DNA of 42,072 nt from a virus. Positions 16,653-25,221 of this stretch are shown here, piece after piece. The DNA lies in IMG/VR virus record IMGVR_UViG_3300020231_000007; one strand, written 5' to 3'. The notes below the pieces were generated by a model. It saw only the letters and a program-made list of their open reading frames with translations, searched no databases and was not told the DNA's origin. The translations under genes and the position numbers were made by a program. Position 1 is the stretch's first letter. Each line of letters starts with the position of its first letter.

Positions 16653-18476
16653 ATGTCAATTGATGTAAGCGGAATTTACCAAGAGTTAGATGAAGAAGGA
16701 AAACCGGCTATTGGGTACTTCAGGTACTATGGTCAACCTGGCCTGATTGCTGAGAATAACCCTAAAACACCTTTCATTGATAACGATTTCAATGTTGCCG
16801 CATCAGCTGAGCAAGAGCTAAATACTTTCGGTAGAACTAACGTCCAACTCTTTTTACAGGGCCTTTACTCTATTGCTGTTTATGATAAGCAGAAAGATGA
16901 GATCGATGCTGTATTAGTTTATAGAGCCGATCAAGTTGGTATCTCAACAGCCGGCGGTGGTGGTGGAACAGAGAGAGTCTTTGACAACCTTGGCAACACT
17001 ACAATAGTTGATGAGTCTAGCACTAAAGGCATTGTCCTAAGTGCATCGGCTAACAGTACTCTAAACTATCTTGATTCTGAAACTATGCGATGGAATACAG
17101 TTGACCGCGAGATCACTGGCGGACTCAACGGCACTGGGAATATTGTTTTCGATGCTGATGCAGCTGAGCTAGTAACAAGAGGGCCAACAGGCAACGGTTT
17201 AATCCGCATCAGTGCGCCAGCTGCTGTCGATACTATTGAATTATTTAGCAACGGAACATTACCTACATCCACCTCAAGATTATTGCTTGGTAACAATAGC
17301 GCTGTACTAGGCACAATATTAGATACTAGCCTAGCATTAGGGTTCCAGTCTGCAATATTACAAGTAGACGGATCCAACAGGTTTATGGAACTTAGCAATG
17401 CAAATGGTTTTAATGTTGTCTTGGCACAAGGCGATGAACTGATAGAAATTGATTTTTCTCCTAATTTCTTTTTAATGGCTATCAATGGAAAGTCTTTGCA
17501 GTTCGATACTACAGAAAGTAGATTTTATGGGCCTGTCCTTTCTGCTGACCCCACTATCGTATCAACTACAACCGCCACAACAATAGAAGATAATGCTGTT
17601 AATATCCAGACAGCTTCAGGCAGCAACGGAGACATAACGATAGATGCGGACAGCGCTTTAATTCTTCGGGGTAATGCTAACGGTGGATTCAACACCATAA
17701 GACTAGAAACCCCAAACACAGGACAGATAAGCTTAATAGCCTCCGATGGCAGTATAAATATGCAATCCCAAGGAGGTGTTGGGAAAGATATTTCTTTAAA
17801 TGCTAACGCTGGCGGAATTGATATAGATGGCGCTACTATTGATATAGATGCAACAGTTGACGTGAATATCACTAGCGGTGGTGGTGCGGGTCAAGACATC
17901 ACATTAGACGCGGGAGCTGATGGAGCGGTTAGTTTAATTAGCGATGATGTCACAATGAATGTTGATACTTCGGTTACTGTCGATAGTGATTACACTGCGG
18001 GTACTGACGTGCCATTCACTATCAGAAAAAATAGTAACAATCTTGCAACTGATTCTTTTATAGAGTGCCTCAGGGTCGGTGATTCTGATGATGGTTTTAT
18101 AAACATGAATACTATCGGCACGTTAAGTTTTGGTGATGCAGCCTCCGATTATCGATTGAAGTCAGATTACACTAAATTAAGCGGAATTCTAGCCAAGATT
18201 AGCAATGTATCTGTTTATCATGGCACATTCAGCAAGCCAAAGAATTTAAGTTCTAAGCATCAAATGGATTATTGGATAGCTCACGAAATGAAACAAGAGT
18301 TTCCTGGATTAGTGTCTGGCGTAAAAGATGAGATGGATTTGGAAACTGGCAAACCTATCTATCAATCGATAGAATGGAGCACTGATAAAGAAAAGATTTT
18401 ATGGGCAGGCTTAGGAGAAGCCTGTGAATTAATAAAGGATTTGACTCAACGAGTAGTAGAATTAGAGAAGATTTAA
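16653..18476 (+). CDS. Tailspike with P22-type head-binding N-terminus and C-terminal intramolecular chaperone (peptidase S74) domain
   Basis: The N-terminus (G.FRYYG......NPKTPF.D......A....L..FGR..V.L.L.GLYSIAVYD...DEI) resembles the gp9 head-binding domain. The middle region has beta-helix-like repeats (GDITIDAD, GKDISLNANAGGIDIDGATIDIDA). The C-terminus ASDYRLKSD...VY....F..........GFIAhE-like ...FPGLV... ends in a coiled coil, matching the SD.R.K chaperone-of-endosialidase pattern. Confidence 0.85.
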   Translation: MSIDVSGIYQELDEEGKPAIGYFRYYGQPGLIAENNPKTPFIDNDFNVAASAEQELNTFGRTNVQLFLQGLYSIAVYDKQKDEIDAVLVYRADQVGISTAGGGGGTERVFDNLGNTTIVDESSTKGIVLSASANSTLNYLDSETMRWNTVDREITGGLNGTGNIVFDADAAELVTRGPTGNGLIRISAPAAVDTIELFSNGTLPTSTSRLLLGNNSAVLGTILDTSLALGFQSAILQVDGSNRFMELSNANGFNVVLAQGDELIEIDFSPNFFLMAINGKSLQFDTTESRFYGPVLSADPTIVSTTTATTIEDNAVNIQTASGSNGDITIDADSALILRGNANGGFNTIRLETPNTGQISLIASDGSINMQSQGGVGKDISLNANAGGIDIDGATIDIDATVDVNITSGGGAGQDITLDAGADGAVSLISDDVTMNVDTSVTVDSDYTAGTDVPFTIRKNSNNLATDSFIECLRVGDSDDGFINMNTIGTLSFGDAASDYRLKSDYTKLSGILAKISNVSVYHGTFSKPKNLSSKHQMDYWIAHEMKQEFPGLVSGVKDEMDLETGKPIYQSIEWSTDKEKILWAGLGEACELIKDLTQRVVELEKI

Positions 18477-18477
18477 C

Positions 18478-18669
18478 ATGGCGGGAATGGCGAAGAAATC
18501 AGCATCAGAAAAGGATAAGCGGGCTAAGGAGAAGGCTAAAAGTAAGGCGAAGGAATCGACGCTGAAGGTTACTAAAACTGGTAGCAACGGACGCAAGGAG
18601 CCGGTCAGGGAAAAGAGGGTATCAACTAAAAGAGTATCCACTGGAAGGAAGCCAAGAAAGAGAGCCTGA
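18478..18669 (+). CDS. Very basic 63-aa protein (K/R/S-rich)
   Basis: The ATG lies 2 nt after the tailspike stop. Composition suggests nucleic-acid binding. No family recognised. Confidence 0.55.
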   Translation: MAGMAKKSASEKDKRAKEKAKSKAKESTLKVTKTGSNGRKEPVREKRVSTKRVSTGRKPRKRA

Positions 18670-19040
18670 TGATTTTTATATACCTATCAATTATCTTTTT
18701 TTCAATCCTGATATTCAATCCAGAATACAGGCAGGTAGCTGTCATTCTGCTTTTATCCTCCGTGATATTTGCCCTGGTTGAGATGCCAATAGTTTTGATA
18801 AGCACGATTGACTGTATTGCAGGCTTCCTACTAGTCAATGTGCCACACGGATTTCGGCAAGTGCCACTATTATTAAGCGCAATTTTATGCAACGGACTGC
18901 TACAATATGATGTTTTAAACAGTACTGATTTGATTTATTCCCGGTATGAGTTTCTGATAGGTGCTATCATTGTAGGACAAATGATTTTATTATCAGATGG
19001 TATTAGAAATGGACTACTTAATATACCTCACAGAGTATAA
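18669..19040 (+). CDS. Polytopic membrane protein (123 aa, about 4 TM segments); holin or exclusion candidate
   Basis: TGATG overlap. Several hydrophobic stretches. Located at the end of the late operon. Confidence 0.5.
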   Translation: MIFIYLSIIFFSILIFNPEYRQVAVILLLSSVIFALVEMPIVLISTIDCIAGFLLVNVPHGFRQVPLLLSAILCNGLLQYDVLNSTDLIYSRYEFLIGAIIVGQMILLSDGIRNGLLNIPHRV

Positions 19041-19090
19041 AACACTGATCAGTATTTCTATCAACTTTATTTTCTTAGCAGCGTACGGTT

Positions 19091-19366
19091 ATGCAAAATA
19101 CAGATCCAGAAAAAATAGCCTCAACAATCGTAGTAACAACCGGGCTTGGAGCGCCAGCCCTAGGTATCATGACTGAATACGTGAGCGCTAATGCGGTCGC
19201 TATCGGGTTGACAATCACCGTTATATCTATTATTTGTCAGATCTATTTCAGCATTCGAAACTTAAATATTAACCAGCGCCGTTTTGATATCGAAGACAGG
19301 GAAAAGAAGGCCACTTTGCGAGAATCAGAGCTAGAAGAAAGAGAGCGGATACTTAACGAAAAGTAA
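19091..19366 (+). CDS. Membrane protein (91 aa, 2 TM plus charged C-terminal tail); class II holin-like topology
   Basis: TM segments at about residues 12-35 and 38-60, then RRFDIEDREKKATLRESELEERER. It is the last gene of the late operon. Confidence 0.5.
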   Translation: MQNTDPEKIASTIVVTTGLGAPALGIMTEYVSANAVAIGLTITVISIICQIYFSIRNLNINQRRFDIEDREKKATLRESELEERERILNEK

Positions 19367-19390
19367 CCGCTCAATGATATCGTTATGATA

Positions 19391-19780
19391 CTACTCTTCG
19401 GTTTTCTTTGGCTCTTCAGATTTAGGTTTTGGGTTCATGTACTGCTCTGCGATCATCCGATAAACATCATTTGCTTTTTCATTGTCTCCAACAATCGCTA
19501 GAATGTTTGCATGCAGCCCTTTCTTCATTGCAACCTCTTTGCAATACGCATCCGAATATTTCAAAGGATCATCATCAGCCGGAACCACAATACCAAGAGC
19601 GACGAGCATTTCGTTGTGGGCTTTTTTGTAAGCTCTAGCTATTTCAATAGATTCGTTTAGCATCTCGCTTTCTGCATCAATCCTACTTTGAAGGCTTAAC
19701 AGCGAACTCTGAAGCTGATCATTAGTCAGCGGTGGGCTTTCTGGTCTAATTCCTGGAATTGCCTTATCACTTGCATTCAT
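19391..19780 (-). CDS. Hypothetical protein (129 aa)
   Basis: Last ORF of the leftward operon, convergent with the late operon. GGAGAG RBS. Confidence 0.6.
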   Translation of the reverse strand: MNASDKAIPGIRPESPPLTNDQLQSSLLSLQSRIDAESEMLNESIEIARAYKKAHNEMLVALGIVVPADDDPLKYSDAYCKEVAMKKGLHANILAIVGDNEKANDVYRMIAEQYMNPKPKSEEPKKTEE

Positions 19781-19823
19781 ACTTACTCTCCGTAATTATA
19801 ATAACAGTATTGCTATTATTGAT

Positions 19824-19955
19824 TTAACTCTTTTTCATTAATCTTAGTGACCAATTACCAGTTTTTGATAACGTCTCTTTCACAACTTCGTAACCTGCAA
19901 ATTCTTTAGATCTAAACCAAGCCAAGGATAGATCTTTATTCCATATCATTATCAT
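19824..19955 (-). CDS. Possible hidden 43-aa ORF (MIMIWNKDLSLAWFRSKEFAGYEVVKETLSKTGNWSLRLMKKS)
   Basis: It would fill an otherwise 155-nt gap and overlaps the end of 19936..20154 in another frame. There is no other support. Confidence 0.25.
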   Translation of the reverse strand: MIMIWNKDLSLAWFRSKEFAGYEVVKETLSKTGNWSLRLMKKS

Positions 19956-20154
19956 TTTCAGATTCCTTATTAAATAAACACTTTTTTAGCTCTGCAACAG
20001 CCAACGCCTTTTCTGCATCTACTAAGACTTTGGTTGCTTCGAATATTTTTTGTTGAACTGTCATCAATTGCGCCCAAGCCTCTTCCTTTGAAACCCATGC
20101 AAATGTTACTTCATTATGTAGAAATGCTTTAGTCACCTCTTTATGCTCACCCAT
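19936..20154 (-). CDS. Hypothetical protein (72 aa)
   Basis: GGGGGTTAC then ATG; tight packing. Confidence 0.55.
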   Translation of the reverse strand: MGEHKEVTKAFLHNEVTFAWVSKEEAWAQLMTVQQKIFEATKVLVDAEKALAVAELKKCLFNKESENDNDME

Positions 20155-20163
20155 AGTAACCCC

Positions 20164-20424
20164 CTAACCCTTTTGTAAGTATTCTAGCATTGCATTCATT
20201 AGAAAAAATATAAAAAAAGTAACTACGGGGGTAAGAGCCAAGATACCAACAATAGATAATGCAATTTTAGCCGCAAACTTTAGATCCCCCATAAGCTCAG
20301 ATTCTTGGCGTTCTACCTTAATATAATCTCTAGGCCCTTTGTCGTGTTCCGTCCATAACTCGACAATCTTATCAATTTCTTCTCTGCTCATCTGGTTCTT
20401 AGGTATTAGCTCGCCTTCAGTCAT
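20164..20424 (-). CDS. Small membrane protein (86 aa, C-terminal TM)
   Basis: ATGA overlap with the upstream mini-ORF. TM segment FAAKIALSIVGILALTPVVTFFIFFLMNAML. Confidence 0.6.
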   Translation of the reverse strand: MTEGELIPKNQMSREEIDKIVELWTEHDKGPRDYIKVERQESELMGDLKFAAKIALSIVGILALTPVVTFFIFFLMNAMLEYLQKG

Positions 20425-20540
20425 ATCAAAACACCCTGCATCTTATCCAGGATGCTAATAGCTGCCACCAAAACAATCAGCACAACAACAGCAATAGTCA
20501 TTTTTACGATAGTGTCGATTTCATCTTTTCTGTCATTCAT
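20421..20540 (-). CDS. Hidden 39-aa single-TM protein
   Basis: Sequence MNDRKDEIDTIVKMTIAVVVLIVLVAAISILDKMQGVLI. Below the track cutoff. Translationally coupled on both sides. Confidence 0.5.
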   Translation of the reverse strand: MNDRKDEIDTIVKMTIAVVVLIVLVAAISILDKMQGVLI

Positions 20541-20541
20541 A

Positions 20542-20700
20542 TCAAAACACCTTATAAAGAATAACTAGCTCTAAAACAATAACGGCAGCAAACAAAATAA
20601 AGATCCAAGAAACCACATCTTTCAGATCTTTCACCGCAGCATTGAATAGCTCAACAGTATAGTTTCTTGCCCGCATCAAATCATCGATTAGTTTTTTCAT
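20542..20700 (-). CDS. Hidden 52-aa single-TM protein
   Basis: Sequence MKKLIDDLMRARNYTVELFNAAVKDLKDVVSWIFILFAAVIVLELVILYKVF. ATGA overlap with 20697..20960. Confidence 0.5.
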   Translation of the reverse strand: MKKLIDDLMRARNYTVELFNAAVKDLKDVVSWIFILFAAVIVLELVILYKVF

Positions 20701-20960
20701 GGGTTTTTAGCCTCGTATATTCCGATGATGGAATCTGCTGTAAATTTAATTGTATTGTGTAATAATTCATGTTCCTCAACTGTCATTTTTCTGTCAATGC
20801 CACCGACTCTTAGATGGTAATCATACGCTGCTTTAAGACCTTGACCAATCATGATACAGTGGCTAAACGGATAGCATTCAGTGCCATTGCCAACTAGTAT
20901 ACATCCCTCTTGATCTGTAATCATTTCCCCAGCATTTAGACCTACGTGCAAATTGTTCAT
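20697..20960 (-). CDS. Hypothetical protein (87 aa)
   Basis: GGGGGGTGA RBS before the ATG. Confidence 0.6.
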   Translation of the reverse strand: MNNLHVGLNAGEMITDQEGCILVGNGTECYPFSHCIMIGQGLKAAYDYHLRVGGIDRKMTVEEHELLHNTIKFTADSIIGIYEAKNP

Positions 20961-20969
20961 TCACCCCCC

Positions 20970-21293
20970 CTAGTAATGGATAACTACGTTTGGAACCTCA
21001 CCTTTAATTATCTTGGTTACTATCTTCTTTGCTGTATCTTCATCGACAACATCTAGCAAAGTCTTAACCGCAGCACTATTTATTTTAGCTCTGTGTTGTT
21101 TGTCAGCTTCACGCGCTTTTGTAGCGTCGTCATCAGCTTTCTTTGCATCAAGAACCCGTTGCTCTGCTTTCTGTCTAGCTTGCTTTTCATTATCCTCAGC
21201 TTGCTTGATTCGTTGCTGTGCTTGAGAGGCTTCACGCTTTAGTTTGCTCTCTCTCTTCAGCTTCAGCCTTTTCTTTTGCAGCCTTTTTCTCAA
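20970..21293 (-). CDS. K/E/A-rich ORF (107 aa from a TTG) overlapping the end of the DUF1351-like gene; possibly its frameshifted C-terminal continuation
   Basis: There is no ATG or GTG in frame downstream of the upstream stop. The 62-nt overlap is in the +1 frame inside low-complexity sequence. It ends in a globular tail ..TAKKIVTKIIKGEVPNVVIHY. Confidence 0.4.
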   Translation of the reverse strand: MRKRLQKKRLKLKRESKLKREASQAQQRIKQAEDNEKQARQKAEQRVLDAKKADDDATKAREADKQHRAKINSAAVKTLLDVVDEDTAKKIVTKIIKGEVPNVVIHY

Positions 21294-22212
21294 TTTCGAC
21301 CTTCACTCTTGCTGCGAGTGCTGCGAGTTCTTCAGCATTTCTATTTAGTTCATCCTCTCTTTCTTGAGCTTCTTTTTGTTGCTTAATCTGCTTTTCTTCG
21401 GCTTTGCGCTTTGCTTTCTCGGCCTCTTCTTTTATTGTTCTTTCTCTCTCTTCAGCTTCAAATTTTAGCCTGTACTCTCTGTCTTTGGCTTCAGTCTTTT
21501 CTTTCTCAGCAAGCTCCTTCTGTAAAGCAATCTTTCGGTTAGCTTCCCTCTCAGCTTCAAGCCTAGCCTTTTCAGCAGCTTCTTTCTTCCAAGCTTCCTC
21601 GCGTTCTTTGCGTTCCTTCTCTGCCTGCTCCTTTCGAAGTTGGGCCAATTCAGCCTGGTCAGATTCGTACCTTTGTCTACGTTCCAGAGCTACCGTCAAG
21701 GCTTCAACACACTCGTTTTTTGTGTTCATGGCATAGTGAATAAACTCACCGAAAGATTCATCCATAACGATAGCTTCAACTTCTTCGAGTCGGGATTTGA
21801 TATCAATAGCTGGCAGACCTTCACAGATCTTATTGCTAGCCATTTCATTGATTCGAAAGTGTATGGCATCCTCTCTAGCCTTCTTGGCGGTCTCCCATTC
21901 TGTTAGAGGCAGCCTTACTTCATCACGCCACGCATCCATCAAGTCCCTAGCACGTTTGCGCTCTGCATCGATCAGCTTGGGTTTTTTCTTCAAATCAGCG
22001 ACAAGGTTTTTTCCAACACTATCGAGAGCAGTTTTAGACTTGGAGACTTTAGCAGCCATGCTGGCGATTGCTTTGCGCCCTTTGTCAGTGGTCAGGTCTG
22101 GGATAAACGCGTCAATCTCAGCTCTCACTTCTTGCAGATATGGATCCAGCCCCTTTTCGGCAGTGAAAACTTCGAGGGCTGTCGATTGGTCAATTATTGC
22201 TAAGTCATTCAT
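21232..22212 (-). CDS. DUF1351-like recombination-module protein with long K/E/A coiled-coil tail
   Basis: The N-terminal 190 aa (..ALEVFT.EKGLDPYL..VR.EIDAF.PDLTTDKGRK.IAS.A.KV.KSK..LD..GK) match my memory of the DUF1351 family. It lies next to ssb and the exonuclease. Confidence 0.55.
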   Translation of the reverse strand: MNDLAIIDQSTALEVFTAEKGLDPYLQEVRAEIDAFIPDLTTDKGRKAIASMAAKVSKSKTALDSVGKNLVADLKKKPKLIDAERKRARDLMDAWRDEVRLPLTEWETAKKAREDAIHFRINEMASNKICEGLPAIDIKSRLEEVEAIVMDESFGEFIHYAMNTKNECVEALTVALERRQRYESDQAELAQLRKEQAEKERKEREEAWKKEAAEKARLEAEREANRKIALQKELAEKEKTEAKDREYRLKFEAEERERTIKEEAEKAKRKAEEKQIKQQKEAQEREDELNRNAEELAALAARVKVEIEKKAAKEKAEAEEREQTKA

Positions 22213-22259
22213 GTTGGTTGTCTCTTGGTTAGATGTTAGTCGTTAGCTACTGGTTAATT

Positions 22260-22727
22260 TTAGAACGGTATATCGTCGTTGAAGTCCTCATAACCCGCAG
22301 GCGCTGCTGGTGCCTGATTGGCATTACCTTGTGCTTGAGGTGCGCTTTGCTGCTGTACTGGAGCATGCCCGGCCCCTGATTGACTCTGGTCACCTCTAGA
22401 GTCAAGCATCTGCATTTCATTAGCGACAATCTCAGTAGACCATCGATCGTTCCCATCTTTATCCTGCCATTTTCTAGTTTGAAGCTTTCCTTCGACATAA
22501 ACTTTTGATCCCTTCTTCAGATACTGGCCAGCAATGTCAGCCAATTTGTTGAAGAAAATAATTTTGTGCCACTCAGTTTTTTCCTTCTTCTCGCCGGTCT
22601 GCTTATCCTTCCAGGTCTCGGAAGTTGCAATTGATATATTGGTCACTGCACCCCCACTAGGCATATACCTAGTTTCTGTATCCTTCCCCAAAACCCCCAC
22701 TAGTATTACTTTATTTACTCCCCTCAT
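22260..22727 (-). CDS. ssb: Single-stranded DNA-binding protein
   Basis: Canonical OB-fold N-terminus ([40 protein letters not shown]), a G/Q/P-rich linker, and an acidic tip DDIPF. Confidence 0.95.
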   Translation of the reverse strand: MRGVNKVILVGVLGKDTETRYMPSGGAVTNISIATSETWKDKQTGEKKEKTEWHKIIFFNKLADIAGQYLKKGSKVYVEGKLQTRKWQDKDGNDRWSTEIVANEMQMLDSRGDQSQSGAGHAPVQQQSAPQAQGNANQAPAAPAGYEDFNDDIPF

Positions 22728-23368
22728 TTTACTACCTCTCCGACAAAATATTCGTTTCTTAAAATGTCTATTTTAGTTTTCTCTATAAGCCCCCTAAACA
22801 GAGCTACCCTGGAATCAATCATCTGATACTCTTCTTTGAAATCTTCGGCGTAACAACGGTGAATAAATAACTGTTTACCTTCTGGGAATTCAGGGCAGAA
22901 ACTAATGAAGTCTACCCACTCTCTATCTGTGATCTTCAGGTTACTAGATAGCTGCCACTTGTATTTGGGGTCGAATGCTTGCTTTCGTATTACGTCATAA
23001 TGGGTGGATGGTAGAACGGATTTAATCTCGATCAGTCCGTTATCACCAACCAGCCCATCAGGCGAGCAGCCAATATCACCAAATTCAAAAAAACCACCAT
23101 TACCAACATCACAAAACATTTGTTGCTCGTATGCCATTCGTGCAAGCGGCTCTTGTTCGTGACCGCGCTCCATGTGCTCGTTCGAATAGCCCGAAGAAAC
23201 CCCGTTGCCAGTAATCTGCTCGATAGCGATAGATACAGCGTACTTCTTAGCAGGCTCCCCAAATGCCTTGCCATAGTTCGCCATGATTTTAGAAAAAGCA
23301 CTCCCAGTCATCTTGCCCACTCTTAAAGCGAGCCATTCATCTGTGTTCTGCTCAACATCATGAAACAT
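22724..23368 (-). CDS. YqaJ-type (lambda Exo-like) recombination exonuclease
   Basis: Motifs Q.TDEWL.LR.GK.TGS, G...E, CSPDGLV....LIEIK and Y..Q.Q are typical of the PD-(D/E)XK YqaJ family. Confidence 0.85.
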   Translation of the reverse strand: MFHDVEQNTDEWLALRVGKMTGSAFSKIMANYGKAFGEPAKKYAVSIAIEQITGNGVSSGYSNEHMERGHEQEPLARMAYEQQMFCDVGNGGFFEFGDIGCSPDGLVGDNGLIEIKSVLPSTHYDVIRKQAFDPKYKWQLSSNLKITDREWVDFISFCPEFPEGKQLFIHRCYAEDFKEEYQMIDSRVALFRGLIEKTKIDILRNEYFVGEVVK

Positions 23369-23864
23369 TAGCTAGCTCCATTATTTCCGCCGCATGCTCT
23401 GTGCTGACTGTCATTCGTTCAGTTACTTTGTGTAAATTACCATCACGTTTGTAGGCTGCGATGGCATTATCCCAGGCCTTAGTATTTGGCGTCAGTTCGG
23501 GTTTGCTCATCTGAGGAGGTTGTGGGCTTATACGCAACCCTTCCACCGTGTCACGCCCAAATCTGACGTTACAATCGACATATACTGTAACTGGCTGCTG
23601 TTTCCAATCATCGATATAATGAGAGTTACAAAGATCCTTCATGACCTTGCTATTGTGGGCATTGAGTATCATGGGCTTTAACTTCTCTCCCTGCCTCAAT
23701 TCCTGCTCAACAAAATACGCGGTATTGAAAGAATCCTTTGTCTTCTTTGTTCTGTCCGCTTCTAGTGAGACATGACTGATAGTTAAAATTGTTGGCCCGA
23801 CGATATCAGCCGAGCTTAAGTATGGTGAATTAAATGCTTTTCTGTAATGCGTTTTATCGTTCAT
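23358..23864 (-). CDS. Conserved phage protein upstream of the exonuclease (168 aa); candidate annealing or ssDNA-binding partner
   Basis: I take the second ATG (MNDKTHY..), 2 nt after the upstream stop. The track's 23915 start would overlap the upstream gene. Pattern ..SPYLSSADI.G...LTI..V.......K....F.E.......KPMILN..N..... ..W....V.VY.D..V.F....V.GLRI. Confidence 0.55.
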   Translation of the reverse strand: MNDKTHYRKAFNSPYLSSADIVGPTILTISHVSLEADRTKKTKDSFNTAYFVEQELRQGEKLKPMILNAHNSKVMKDLCNSHYIDDWKQQPVTVYVDCNVRFGRDTVEGLRISPQPPQMSKPELTPNTKAWDNAIAAYKRDGNLHKVTERMTVSTEHAAEIMELANVS

Positions 23865-23868
23865 TAGC

Positions 23869-24096
23869 TTACCCCAGGTTCCGTGAAATGCAAAATATTC
23901 TACTTTTTTTCTCACAATCTAAACATGTTCCTATTCGCATAACTTTTACATCTTCAGGTTTTGCCCATTGAGAAAAATCATCGTCATATGACGGGTTTAT
24001 TAATATAGCTCTGGCGACTGATTCAGCCGAAACAACAGCGCTATTCATAGCTTGAAATTCTTCGTTAACATCTTGGCTTATCAAGTACAAATTCAT
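23869..24096 (-). CDS. Hypothetical protein (75 aa)
   Basis: ATGA-type overlap with the upstream ORF. The N-terminus MNLYLISQD......MNSAVVSAES...A resembles a common small phage family of unknown function. Confidence 0.55.
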   Translation of the reverse strand: MNLYLISQDVNEEFQAMNSAVVSAESVARAILINPSYDDDFSQWAKPEDVKVMRIGTCLDCEKKSRIFCISRNLG

Positions 24097-24245
24097 TCTA
24101 CAACCACCTCATGTTTTAATTCCAAAGATTCGATTTGTTTATGATGTTTATCCATTTCAAACATGCTTACTAAAAATAAAACAAGAAGCAAGACTGTAAT
24201 AAGTATGTTCACGTAGACCAGCTGATTTAAAGTACTAGCGTTCAT
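24093..24245 (-). CDS. Small single-TM protein (50 aa from the internal ATG; track version 24093..24287)
   Basis: Starts MNASTLNQLVYVNILITVLLLVLFLVSMF... The shorter start reduces the overlap with 24235..24672 to 11 nt. Confidence 0.5.
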   Translation of the reverse strand: MNASTLNQLVYVNILITVLLLVLFLVSMFEMDKHHKQIESLELKHEVVVE

Positions 24246-24672
24246 TGACAGAATCCTCGTATTCCTTAATCTCTCTCTCAACTGCAAGCTCTACCATTTT
24301 AGTTATGATCATGTCTTTCAGATCGCCGTCACCTTCAGTGTTGAATTCAGTTTTACCAAGAACCATCAGAATATAATCGCACAGCTCCTCATAAGGTGAG
24401 TATAATGTAAACCCGCCAACACCCACTTTTTGTTCTGGGAACTGAAGAATACAGTAATTTAGAAGGTCGCTAGTCTTATCGACCTCACCCTCAATACGCT
24501 TGACGTGCTGCTCTGTTATGATGCAGCCAGCATGAGTGCATGCAAAACAATCTCGGTCGTCCTCATATTTTACAGCGAAGGAGCAAGGGCCAGAATCCCC
24601 AGCTAGCCCTTGACAATGAAGTTGCTTCTCGTAAACAGCGTTCTCGACATCTATCATCTTAATCATATTCAT
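24235..24672 (-). CDS. Hypothetical Cys-rich protein (145 aa)
   Basis: First gene downstream of the internal promoter at 24697-24726. AAAGGGGA RBS. Confidence 0.65.
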   Translation of the reverse strand: MNMIKMIDVENAVYEKQLHCQGLAGDSGPCSFAVKYEDDRDCFACTHAGCIITEQHVKRIEGEVDKTSDLLNYCILQFPEQKVGVGGFTLYSPYEELCDYILMVLGKTEFNTEGDGDLKDMIITKMVELAVEREIKEYEDSVNER

Positions 24673-24696
24673 TCGTTATCCCCTTTAGTTGAGATA

Positions 24697-24726
24697 ACTA
24701 TACTATTGTATGAGTGATACAGTCAA
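24697..24726 (-). promoter_or_regulatory. Internal leftward promoter with 17-bp dyad operator (site 1)
   Basis: Minus-strand reading: TTGACT-18 nt-TATAGT. The dyad TTGTATGAGTGATACAG (24706-24722) fills the spacer. Confidence 0.6.
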
Positions 24727-25046
24727 GCATCTTTTATTAATTCTTTTGTATCGGCGTATAGCGCAACTAATGCACTATCAGGGTCATTGTATTTCTCCAA
24801 TTTCCCCCACCCTTTTCTGATCTCAGTTCGATACTTGTAGTTGAGCGTATACCATCCCCCGCCATCGAATGACGTGCACGTTATAATAGTGCCCTTCGGA
24901 TAGGGCTTTCTAAACTCCTCCAGAATTTCAGCAATAGTAGGGATCTTCCCCAACGCCTCTTCCTCCGGATCATCCTCAACTGTCAAGCTGAGCTTAACTT
25001 CCTCTTCGTCCAAAACTTCTTCATTGATATTTATTTCTTCAATCAT
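24723..25046 (-). CDS. Hypothetical protein with highly acidic N-terminus (107 aa from MIEEININ..)
   Basis: AAAGGA lies 8 nt before the ATG at 25046. The track start at 25088 would overlap the upstream ORF by 50 nt. Confidence 0.55.
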   Translation of the reverse strand: MIEEININEEVLDEEEVKLSLTVEDDPEEEALGKIPTIAEILEEFRKPYPKGTIITCTSFDGGGWYTLNYKYRTEIRKGWGKLEKYNDPDSALVALYADTKELIKDA

Positions 25047-25221
25047 TATTTGATCCTTTCGTGTTGGGTAAGGGAGTGATGGAAACAATCTCTAATTGAC
25101 AATCATGCGCTCTTTGGAACTCTACCCATGATTCCTCAATATCGTCAGTAGTGAAAAACTTGGTAGCGTTAGTATTATGCTTTAGACCATAAACTATATA
25201 CTTAACAAAATATTTAATCAT
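25039..25221 (-). CDS. Hypothetical protein (60 aa)
   Basis: ATGA overlap with the upstream gene. Confidence 0.5.
   Translation of the reverse strand: MIKYFVKYIVYGLKHNTNATKFFTTDDIEESWVEFQRAHDCQLEIVSITPLPNTKGSNND

Noticed and set aside
19367-19390. A bidirectional terminator between the convergent late and leftward operons
   Set aside because: Only a near-palindrome around GATATC (AATGATATCGTT) is present. There is no convincing stem plus U-tract.
21013-22246. + strand ORFs antisense to the DUF1351-like gene (21013..21225, 21404..21736, 21640..21906, 21797..22246), and 32227..32436 antisense to the (KP)n repeat
   Set aside because: These are Ser/Ala/Leu-rich translations produced by reading K/E/A-rich or repeat-coding sequence backwards. 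They are classic artefacts.
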